A stretch of DNA of 25,153 nt from a virus (taxonomy: Duplodnaviria; Caudoviricetes). Of the stretch, positions 8,414-15,350 are shown in pieces (position 1 is the first letter of the stretch; each line of letters opens with the position of its first letter). Location of the stretch: positions 1 through 25,153 of IMG/VR virus record IMGVR_UViG_3300032269_000370. The stretch is one strand, 5' to 3'. Made by a program: the position numbers and the translations under genes. The notes beneath the pieces are model-generated. The model was not told where the DNA came from and ran no database searches. It worked only from the letters and a program-made list of their open reading frames with translations.

Positions 8414-8609
8414 GTAGCGTAATGACCTTACACGCAGCCTCAATTACTGCTACGCGAGCCGCAAAAACATCTTCAGGCAAATCAGTAAAAATGAAATTGT
8501 CTGGATCGTTGGGATCTTGATACATAAGACCCTGTTCGACAAAGGCCGCTAGCATACGATCGCAGGCCTCTTGTATTTCCCGCTTCTGCTGTTTTTTAGA
8601 TTTACGCAC
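8409..8609 (-). CDS. Hypothetical protein (66 aa)
   Basis: Start moved to GTG at 8609 (MRKSKKQQK), after the TAAGGAG SD. Confidence 0.72.
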   Translation of the reverse strand: MRKSKKQQKREIQEACDRMLAAFVEQGLMYQDPNDPDNFIFTDLPEDVFAARVAVIEAACKVITLQ

Positions 8610-8715
8610 AACACTCTCCTTAGTTAAAAATCTGTAGCAATTCACTACATCAACAATTATACACAGTTCAAGTCGTTTGAGCAACCTGAACTGTGTGTGT
8701 TGCTTTTACGCTACA
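8610..8715 (-). repeat. Regulatory repeat module 5
   Basis: Core 8645-8666; -10 8656-8661; -35 TTGCTC 8679-8684; box 8698-8715. Confidence 0.92.
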
Positions 8716-9005
8716 ACGCTGAACTTGTGTGCTGTGGCCAACAAGCAATCGCGAATGGCCTCATCATCGCCAGCAAAATCGATGTCCAGCAAATAACGAG
8801 CAGCCTCATAGCGTGTCATCGCTCGAGGCAAGCCGATAATGTCGATCTTTGCGTTGCCCCACTTGGCCAAATGCGCAGTGCGACCTGTGCTGTTGCTAAC
8901 ACGAAATCTCCAACGATACTGTGGAATAGGCAGTGTGCCCACCTGAGTCTCGCCAACGAACTGCTGGCTCACCCCAGCGTAAATGTAAGTGTCTTCTCGA
9001 CGCAT
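8706..9005 (-). CDS. Hypothetical phage protein (99 aa)
   Basis: AGGAG SD and bounded by modules 6 and 5. Confidence 0.78.
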   Translation of the reverse strand: MRREDTYIYAGVSQQFVGETQVGTLPIPQYRWRFRVSNSTGRTAHLAKWGNAKIDIIGLPRAMTRYEAARYLLDIDFAGDDEAIRDCLLATAHKFSVVA

Positions 9006-9117
9006 TTCAAACTCCTATAGTTAAAAAATGTAGTGCTCTCTATTCACTACATCAACAATTATACACAGTTCAGGCTGTTTGAGCAACCTGAACTGTGTGT
9101 GTTGTTTTTACGCAACA
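9006..9117 (-). repeat. Regulatory repeat module 6
   Basis: Core 9047-9068; -10 9058-9063; -35 TTGCTC 9081-9086; perfect 12-bp stem ACACAGTTCAGG/CCTGAACTGTGT; box 9100-9117. Confidence 0.92.
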
Positions 9118-9320
9118 GTGGCAAATTTATACATTAAACTGCTAATGGCCATAACAGTGGCCTCTGCCTTGTGCTGTTCTGGAAAATTATAAGTTGTATA
9201 AAGACTGTTTATAAAATGTTCAGTGTGGTCATCGCTGACATATCCCAATGTCTCGAACCACCACGCTGCTGAATCGTAAAGTTGATCAGCAATACTATCT
9301 ACTGTTAAATCTGCGCTCAT
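9108..9320 (-). CDS. Hypothetical protein (70 aa)
   Basis: AGGAG SD and bounded by modules 7 and 6. Confidence 0.75.
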   Translation of the reverse strand: MSADLTVDSIADQLYDSAAWWFETLGYVSDDHTEHFINSLYTTYNFPEQHKAEATVMAISSLMYKFATVA

Positions 9321-9434
9321 CTCAATAACTCCTATAGTTAAAAAATGTAGTGCTCTCTATTCACTACATCAACAATTATACACAGGAGTCAGGATCAACG
9401 CAACCACTATTTTGTGTGTTGTATTTGAGCAACA
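9321..9434 (-). repeat. Regulatory repeat module 7 (first in transcription order, weak hairpin)
   Basis: Core 9364-9385; -10 9375-9380; -35 TTGCGT 9398-9403; box 9417-9434. Confidence 0.9.
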
Positions 9435-9450
9435 GTTGGGAGTGTGGGGT

Positions 9451-9474
9451 CGGTGTTGTATTGGCGCAACACCG
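9451..9474. promoter_or_regulatory. Extra (eighth) palindromic box upstream of the array
   Basis: CGGTGTTG-TATTGGCG-CAACACCG: the same TGTTG-N8-CAACA box with perfect 8-bp arms, 37 bp from the module-7 box. Confidence 0.7.
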
Positions 9475-9520
9475 GTGGTTATTAATGTTAAAACGGTCTT
9501 TTGTTTTTGAACGCTATTGG

Positions 9521-9718
9521 CTACGCCATTAATGCTGTATTTTTAATTGGATTTAATACAATGGTTTTAATTGCTTGGCCACCCAAATTCATCGTGGCCC
9601 CAAGTTGATAGTAATGTGTTTCAGCCATTGCCCTATCGCTGTAATAAAAGTCTGCTGTGCGATTGCCAGTCAGTGTAATTGCCAAGTGATATTGGTCGGT
9701 ATTATTGTTTTTTCGCAT
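9521..9718 (-). CDS. Hypothetical protein (65 aa)
   Basis: Start moved to ATG at 9718 (MRKNNNTDQ), which has a GGAG SD and avoids a long overlap with the upstream gene. Confidence 0.65.
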   Translation of the reverse strand: MRKNNNTDQYHLAITLTGNRTADFYYSDRAMAETHYYQLGATMNLGGQAIKTIVLNPIKNTALMA

Positions 9719-10163
9719 TGATCTTTCTCCAAGAATTAAAACGTTGATCAGGTGGTAGTGTAATGGCCAATTTAATAGGCCAGCCTCTGTGTATGCGCCC
9801 CAGCACTGTAGCATAGGATATGCCCGAAGCCTCACTCCATTCTGTTATCATTTTGGTTCGCTTTTGGTATGTCTTTTTAATTGTGCTATCAAAAGTTCTA
9901 GCCAATTCTCTGTGTGTGCGCCATTCCAAATTGTCTGCTATCCAACCTTCGCTTCGATCTCGCCTACATAACATATGTCGCAGTGTTGGTGGTGTTCCAC
10001 AATTGGCCAGCACATAAGTTTCAAAACTTCTATATGTGGGCCATTCCAGTGGTAATTGATGTGCCCAGGCATAATCTCTGTGACCGGGTCGTTGCCTTAT
10101 ATCGCGTATGGTGCGATAAGCATTCCAGATTTTTTTAATATTAGGATTGGCTAGATTTGGCAT
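9702..10163 (-). CDS. HNH-endonuclease-like protein, probably catalytically degenerate, with a C-terminal HTH
   Basis: WPTYRSF..CGTPP..LCRRDRSEGWIADNLEWRT follows the phage HNH pattern (dRidn.gY.p.NcrWat). The C-terminus is ITEWSEASGISYATVLGRIHRGW. Start at 10163 is uncertain. Confidence 0.65.
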   Translation of the reverse strand: MPNLANPNIKKIWNAYRTIRDIRQRPGHRDYAWAHQLPLEWPTYRSFETYVLANCGTPPTLRHMLCRRDRSEGWIADNLEWRTHRELARTFDSTIKKTYQKRTKMITEWSEASGISYATVLGRIHRGWPIKLAITLPPDQRFNSWRKINAKKQ

Positions 10164-10371
10164 CTGGGTAATATCCTGAACGAGCCATTCGAGCATATAA
10201 TTGCTGTTTGAAACTGGGTTGTTCTCCGCCCTCACTGACATTACGTCGAGCCATATCCACAATAGCGTGTTGTCCTGAATCTAAACTCATCATTGTGATT
10301 AGATCCTGTTGTGTGGTACGATGCTCGCGTATTCTACGACCTAAATTTAATAATTCCACTGGGTTAAACAT
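10141..10371 (-). CDS. Hypothetical protein (76 aa)
   Basis: ATG with an AGGAG SD, and ATAAATA at 10392-10398 just upstream. Confidence 0.7.
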   Translation of the reverse strand: MFNPVELLNLGRRIREHRTTQQDLITMMSLDSGQHAIVDMARRNVSEGGEQPSFKQQLYARMARSGYYPDAKSSQS

Positions 10372-10399
10372 ATTTTTTACTCCTACGCATTTATTTATG

Positions 10400-10626
10400 T
10401 GATTTACTACAAGTGCTTAAATTTTAGTTGTGTGTATGTGTGTATAAAACTGCTGTATGTATAGCGAATTTCTACTAGCACTATATTTTTACTTTTACTA
10501 TATATTATATAATATTAATATTATTATTAATAATAAACATAATATACATAATATATATTGTAGTAGCATTAAACGCACATTTTGATGTGTATGACCATTT
10601 TTTTAGTCATACACATCACATACACT
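10400..10626. other. Putative replication origin
   Basis: Non-coding region next to the helicase stop. A 39-bp A/T-only tract at 10499-10537, GTGTATG repeats in both orientations, and a perfect 13-bp inverted repeat at 10583-10595/10606-10618. Confidence 0.6.
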
Positions 10627-12153
10627 TTACTCAGTTTCCTCAGTGCGAATATCTCGACTGTAAGTGATTCTATACTCAAAGCCTGCCATATCGCGTCGTT
10701 TAGTCAATTCCAATCCAGGAATGTTAGCAGCAATGTCTTTGATGTCTCGTCCAAACTTCTGAACATTCATATCACATCGCTGATTGCCACTTGTGCTTTT
10801 TTCATACTCCACATACTCTTCAAACAGTGCTTGAGCACGAACACGCTCTTCTCTAAACAATTCATATGGCCTTGATCGCAGCCAAGCCTCCATTGTGGTT
10901 ATTTGCCGCTTTATGGCCTGTGTGCGTTTAATGTCAGCCAACACAGCACGATTCAATTGTAGTGGGCTAGGTTGTCGTTCATTTACACTGCGCCATAATC
11001 CAATAAAATTAACACGATCAAACACAGCCCAGTCCATAACCGGCTTACAGTCAATTTGATAAAAGCGTCGCATACCTGTATCGTCAAATATCAACCTGCT
11101 TACATCCTTGTTGGTCGTACCAACAAAAGTAGCGCGATTTACAATTTGCGTATCCACATTCTTGCTGAGTATTCTGCTGTTGAAAGTGTCTTCTGTAATG
11201 CGTCGTTTAATGTCCTCAATATTGCTGGTTGCGCTACGCCCCATCTCATCAAAAAACAGCACATAGTTTCTCCAAATATCGTGATTTTTGCCCTCAGTTA
11301 TGTCCTGAAAGTTAGTATTAGCAAAAAAGTCAGCAACTACCCCACAGATATATTTTTTAACCAGTGTGCTTTTGCCAGCGCCTTGTGGGCCATAAAATAT
11401 TGGCATCATATGATCTTCTACAGTATAGCCAAACATCTTGCGTTTAATTTGCCAAACAAAATGTTTCAGCACTGTGACGGTTTCCGGCACACGCACCTCA
11501 GTTATACTATTAGCCAATGCCAGCCATTGTTCTTCCATCATTTCAGTTAGCACAGGGCTTTCCCAAGCCACGCTGGTCATTAAATCGCTGGCTATGTCAT
11601 CTTTAACGCGATTCATCCAAACACTAATCGCATTTTCTATTTGCCGTTCTGTAAATGGCAGTTTAAATCGCCTATTACACATAATCAACTTCATCAACAT
11701 TTCTTTTAGGGCAAATGTTTTAGGATCGCTGTAAATTACCTTAATGCGATCACGCTCGCTCAGTGTTTCCAATTGGCTTTTATTCACTACAAATCCGGCA
11801 CCCAAATCATATGGTGTGTCTATGGTAAACATTCCTTGAAAAGTCATTCGTGTCTGCCATTGCTTTAACAGTGCGTCCACGAAATCGTATTCTGTTTCTG
11901 GTACGGTGCCCAATTGACTGCGCAGTGTTTCATTGCTGACAAATTTGCGACTTATGCTGAGTATGTCCTTAGCATCCATATCATATAGGATTGCTATTTC
12001 GCGTCGATCCGCTAGTGTTAAACTGTTGTGATCCAATACAGTTAAAAATTCACCAAAGTCAATTGGTGTTCCTGATCTATAGCGTTCTTTTGCTAGATCA
12101 ATTGCTTCTTGATTTTGCCTGCTGCTGACAGCAGTCGTCACTGTTAGTGCCAT
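10627..12153 (-). CDS. VirE/VapE-family P-loop helicase (replication protein)
   Basis: Walker A GPQGAGKS, Walker B VLFFDEM, FVGTTN and DDTGMRRF are characteristic of VirE/VapE-like helicases. No recognisable primase domain in the N-terminus. Confidence 0.85.
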   Translation of the reverse strand: MALTVTTAVSSRQNQEAIDLAKERYRSGTPIDFGEFLTVLDHNSLTLADRREIAILYDMDAKDILSISRKFVSNETLRSQLGTVPETEYDFVDALLKQWQTRMTFQGMFTIDTPYDLGAGFVVNKSQLETLSERDRIKVIYSDPKTFALKEMLMKLIMCNRRFKLPFTERQIENAISVWMNRVKDDIASDLMTSVAWESPVLTEMMEEQWLALANSITEVRVPETVTVLKHFVWQIKRKMFGYTVEDHMMPIFYGPQGAGKSTLVKKYICGVVADFFANTNFQDITEGKNHDIWRNYVLFFDEMGRSATSNIEDIKRRITEDTFNSRILSKNVDTQIVNRATFVGTTNKDVSRLIFDDTGMRRFYQIDCKPVMDWAVFDRVNFIGLWRSVNERQPSPLQLNRAVLADIKRTQAIKRQITTMEAWLRSRPYELFREERVRAQALFEEYVEYEKSTSGNQRCDMNVQKFGRDIKDIAANIPGLELTKRRDMAGFEYRITYSRDIRTEETE

Positions 12154-12375
12154 ATTTTCTCCAGTAGGTTATCATCATAATCCGCCTCGCTGATTAATGT
12201 TATATTAGCCCAGGGTGCTTATTCACCTTGACTTATCGCAGGGCCACCAGACTTGCTCTGGGCGGCAGTATAATTTCTCACATTATACTCACCCGAAAAG
12301 CCCAATTAAGGGCTTCGTGGGTGAGAGTTTTGCGATAAGTCTAACTACAGGAGTGTGCTAACTTGCGTCAGCACA
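12154..12375 (-). ncRNA. Structured 5' leader (candidate cis-regulatory RNA) of the helicase gene
   Basis: A 9-bp GCAA-tetraloop hairpin, a perfect 11-bp stem closing three hairpins, and a long-range anti-SD pairing (see findings). Confidence 0.65.
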
Positions 12376-12381
12376 GTATTT

Positions 12382-12410
12382 ATTATAAACACACTCAATC
12401 TGTTTGTAAA
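12382..12410 (-). promoter_or_regulatory. Sigma70-type promoter
   Basis: TTTACA (12410-12405), 17 nt, TATAAT (12387-12382), with an A/T-rich upstream tract. The predicted start near 12375 coincides with the first hairpin of the leader. Confidence 0.7.
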
Positions 12411-12428
12411 GAGATTTTTTTAAAAAAT

Positions 12429-12686
12429 TTACTCATTGCTGGGCAATTCCCACCTGCTACGCTTATTGGGTGAGCCCTGCGGTCTACCTGGAGGACGAGG
12501 ATTACCAAAAGAACCAATTTCCACTATGCGGCCATCTCGTACCATTAGATTTTGTTTTACTCTGCCACGTGGATGCCATCTGGGTTCATCATTACTATCA
12601 TATTGCTCACTGTAGCGTGTTCTACCATTGCGATATATTCTATCACAGGTCCGTTTAATAAATTCATCCAGTTTGCGCTGTTCCAA
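12429..12686 (-). CDS. Hypothetical basic protein with a GRP (AT-hook-like) motif
   Basis: 85 aa, Arg-rich, RPPGRPQGSPNKR near the C-terminus. Start uncertain. Confidence 0.6.
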   Translation of the reverse strand: MEQRKLDEFIKRTCDRIYRNGRTRYSEQYDSNDEPRWHPRGRVKQNLMVRDGRIVEIGSFGNPRPPGRPQGSPNKRSRWELPSNE

Positions 12687-12694
12687 TTCACACC

Positions 12695-12919
12695 TTAAAA
12701 TTTCATTAAAATGGTTATAATTAGACTGATTAGACTGCCGCTAATACCCAAGGCACTGGCGATAATTGTCTTGGCTAAATCGCCTTTATTTTTAACGATT
12801 TCCGCTGATAATTCGTCTAATTTTGCCTCTATTTTGTCGAATCTTGCTGAAATTTCAGCATATCTTTCAGCACAGAGATCAACGTGGGCTGCTAGATTTT
12901 CCTTTTCTATATCAATCAT
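12695..12919 (-). CDS. Coiled-coil protein with a C-terminal transmembrane helix (holin-like)
   Basis: HVDLCAERY followed by a coiled coil and a hydrophobic C-terminus (IIASALGISGSLISLIITILMKF). Located after the tail genes. Start moved to ATG at 12919 (GGAG SD, TAATG overlap). Confidence 0.6.
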   Translation of the reverse strand: MIDIEKENLAAHVDLCAERYAEISARFDKIEAKLDELSAEIVKNKGDLAKTIIASALGISGSLISLIITILMKF

Positions 12920-13299
12920 TATTGACTCCAAGGTAGTGGTTGGTATTCAGCCGCAGTTTCAAATATGTCTATTTGACTTTGTATATTGGCCACTGCTTGA
13001 TTTTCATATTGAACAATGGCATCTGAACCCAATTGTGTTTGAACCCACGTGACTATTTCAGATTCAGTTAGATTGTTAAAATTAATATATGTGTTGGGAT
13101 CGGTGGGAGCGGGAACTATTTGATTGCCTGCCACAACTCCTTCTAATCCAACTGGCTGATCATTCCATATATAACCACGATTAGCAGTCAGCATCCACAT
13201 AACATTATTCACTGCTTGTGGGTATTGTGGATTGTTATTAACGGTAGTGAGACCTGTTATTGCCCACACATAAGTTATGGTTGTTGATGTTGTTGTCAT
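12919..13299 (-). CDS. Small tail-fibre-associated protein
   Basis: 126 aa. The ITYVWAI..VNNVMW..YINFNNLTESEIVTWV pattern is typical of small phage proteins that follow fibre genes. Confidence 0.6.
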   Translation of the reverse strand: MTTTSTTITYVWAITGLTTVNNNPQYPQAVNNVMWMLTANRGYIWNDQPVGLEGVVAGNQIVPAPTDPNTYINFNNLTESEIVTWVQTQLGSDAIVQYENQAVANIQSQIDIFETAAEYQPLPWSQ

Positions 13300-13302
13300 T
13301 GT

Positions 13303-14346
13303 TTAATATCTCCCTGGAAAAATTCCCACTTGTTGTGGATAACTGGTGTTATTGACAGGTGAATTTAATAAAGTATAGGTGGCAGTTCCCGTGAATCTAT
13401 AATAGATACTAGGATTCAAATACACTCCATATACTACTAAATCACCAGTTCCACTGATTTTTAACCCAGTGACATTATTGGCTGGTTGTTGAGCAGGAGT
13501 GGCAATTTTGGTAAATGTGTTTCCTGAACGATTATAAGCATAAAATCTTGGAACTACACTGGTTCCAATTAGCAATCTTCCTCCATCTGGACTCCAATCA
13601 ATATTAAAAACGGCCCCAGTAGGCAGCGTAGCAGGATTAGACAATTTGGTAAATGTATCACCTGATCTATTGTAAATGGTTATGTATGGACTGGTTGGTC
13701 CACCGTGTGCTATACTGCTGCCATCTTGATTCCAGGCCAGCGTATAACCTCCTCCAGTAGGCAATCCACCAACGAAACTGCTGGTGCTGATCAAACTGAA
13801 TGTATCAGTTCCAGTCCTATTGAATACCACAAGGTTAATACCACCTGCTTGTCTTATGGCAAATGCCACACTTTTACCATCTGGACTCCACGCAGGAACT
13901 GGTTCGCTGCTGACAGTAAAAACACCACTGCTGGTCCAAGGAGTGCTGGTTGTTAGAGTAAAAGTATCGCCTGAACGATTTAATAAAAATACATAAGGGG
14001 CAGCAATGCTGCCTACCATAAGACTATTACCATCTGGACTCCAATCCATTCTGCCCACAGAAGGAATAACTGGAGTTCCTAAAATCCGTGTAAAATTGGT
14101 TCCAGTTCTATTATAGATATAAACACCTGGACTTAAACTTCCAGGCACAGCCATACTATTTCCGCTATTATTCCAAAGCCCGCTACTAACACTACCACTG
14201 GCCTGAACCGTAGTAGTGTTAATAAATTTAATATAATCGCCTTGAACCTCATACCAGCGAACTATATTGGTTGGTGATGTGCTGCCACCCAATGTTATGC
14301 TATAAACAGGTGGAGGTGTCGCAATAGCGTGGCTAATAAATGGCAT
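13303..14346 (-). CDS. WD40/TolB-like beta-propeller protein (possible receptor-binding protein)
   Basis: Repeated blades WSPDG/WNQDG ... YNRSGDTFTKL at ~45-50 aa spacing. Translationally coupled to the collagen gene. Confidence 0.8.
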   Translation of the reverse strand: MPFISHAIATPPPVYSITLGGSTSPTNIVRWYEVQGDYIKFINTTTVQASGSVSSGLWNNSGNSMAVPGSLSPGVYIYNRTGTNFTRILGTPVIPSVGRMDWSPDGNSLMVGSIAAPYVFLLNRSGDTFTLTTSTPWTSSGVFTVSSEPVPAWSPDGKSVAFAIRQAGGINLVVFNRTGTDTFSLISTSSFVGGLPTGGGYTLAWNQDGSSIAHGGPTSPYITIYNRSGDTFTKLSNPATLPTGAVFNIDWSPDGGRLLIGTSVVPRFYAYNRSGNTFTKIATPAQQPANNVTGLKISGTGDLVVYGVYLNPSIYYRFTGTATYTLLNSPVNNTSYPQQVGIFPGRY

Positions 14347-15338
14347 TAGGCAAATCCTCTGTTGAGACTGGCATAGTAAGTAGTGCCATCATAAAATACC
14401 TGAACCAAATCTATACTGGCTGTGGTTGTGCTTAATAGTTTATTACTGCCAGCAAACTTCATAGTAGAAGATAATAGTCTGGTTCCTGTTGAATCCTGTG
14501 TCATAATCATTGTGATATTGCTGCCAGTTGTGGCATTGGCAAATGAGTTGATTGTGACATTGCCAGTCAGTGTCATTTTATGAACGGTGCCACTTGAAAC
14601 ATCTGGAGTATAAGTGCCAGCAGCCATATTACCCCAATTATAAACCGTTTCATTAAGTCCTGCGATTGTAATAGTGCCAGTGAATATACCACCAGCAAAA
14701 GCATTTCCACCTGGGCCACTTGGGCCACTTGGTCCTTGTGCCCCAGTATTACCAGCAACACCTTGAGGTCCTTGTGGTCCTTGAGAACCACTTGGTCCTT
14801 GTGGTCCCGTTTCTCCACTTGGTCCTTGTGGTCCTTGGGGACCGGTCGTGCCTTGTGCTCCACTTGGCCCTTGAGGTCCCGTTGCTCCACTTGGCCCTTG
14901 TGGTCCTTGTGCTCCACTTGGCCCTTGAGGTCCCGTTGCTCCACTTGGCCCTTGAGGTCCCGTTGCTCCACTTGGCCCACTTGGTCCTTGTGGCCCAGTT
15001 ATGCCTTGTGGTCCTTGTGCTCCACTTGGCCCTTGAGGTCCTTGGGGACCGGTCGTGCCTTGTGGTCCTTGTGCTCCAACAACACCTTGTGGTCCTTGAG
15101 GTCCTTGGGGACCGGTCGTGCCTTGTGGGCCTTGTGCTCCAACAACACCTTGTGGTCCTTGTGGTCCCCTTACGCCCTGCGGCCCCTGTGGTCCATTATT
15201 CTCAACAATGAATCCACCCGGTGTAATACCATCACCAATATATAACTTTTTTGTATCTAATGCTACAACAGGTTCTCCCACCGCAAATGTGGTTGTGGTA
15301 ATGAAACTGCTGGTTGTTCTGCGAAATTGTAGTGCCAT
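14346..15338 (-). CDS. Collagen-like tail fibre with an Mtd-N-like anchoring domain
   Basis: N-terminal [22 protein letters not shown], about 54 Gly-X-Y triplets, and a beta-rich C-terminal domain. Confidence 0.85.
   Translation of the reverse strand: MALQFRRTTSSFITTTTFAVGEPVVALDTKKLYIGDGITPGGFIVENNGPQGPQGVRGPQGPQGVVGAQGPQGTTGPQGPQGPQGVVGAQGPQGTTGPQGPQGPSGAQGPQGITGPQGPSGPSGATGPQGPSGATGPQGPSGAQGPQGPSGATGPQGPSGAQGTTGPQGPQGPSGETGPQGPSGSQGPQGPQGVAGNTGAQGPSGPSGPGGNAFAGGIFTGTITIAGLNETVYNWGNMAAGTYTPDVSSGTVHKMTLTGNVTINSFANATTGSNITMIMTQDSTGTRLLSSTMKFAGSNKLLSTTTASIDLVQVFYDGTTYYASLNRGFA
14709..15194 (-). repeat. Collagen (GPQ/GPS/GAT) coding repeat
   Basis: 9-nt periodicity with near-exact 27-nt and 63-nt tandem blocks. 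Confidence 0.9.
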
Positions 15339-15350
15339 TATATTAGTCCT

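Noticed and set aside
8308-8684. Shared N-terminal peptide NCYRFLTKES in two track ORFs
   Set aside because: This is translated repeat leader. The real starts are at 8307 and 8609, after the SD.
6146-9320. Shared C-terminal -VA* as a protease degron on cassette proteins
   Set aside because: The DNA box explains it. The motif is out of frame in module 4, reads VVD* in module 3, and persists in module 7 where no gene ends.
6085-9385. The repeated 22-nt core as a CRISPR array
   Set aside because: Spacing is irregular (279-1229 bp), the intervals hold complete ORFs with SDs, the repeat is a promoter, and no cas genes are present.
6054-9434. Classical integron (attC array)
   Set aside because: No integron integrase in the window, the ends do not fit RYYYAAC/GTTRRRY, and every unit has its own promoter. 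Kept only as a mechanistic analogy.
10467-10476. AATTTCTACT resembling the Cas12a repeat handle
   Set aside because: Single copy with no complementary GTAGA arm next to it, in very AT-rich DNA.
10583-10618. The 13-bp inverted repeat as an intrinsic terminator of the helicase gene
   Set aside because: No U-tract follows it on the coding strand, and its arms are made of the GTGTATG repeat found across the ori-like region.
14346-15338. Diversity-generating retroelement suggested by the Mtd-N-like domain
   Set aside because: No reverse transcriptase and no template/variable repeat pair differing at adenines was seen in the window.
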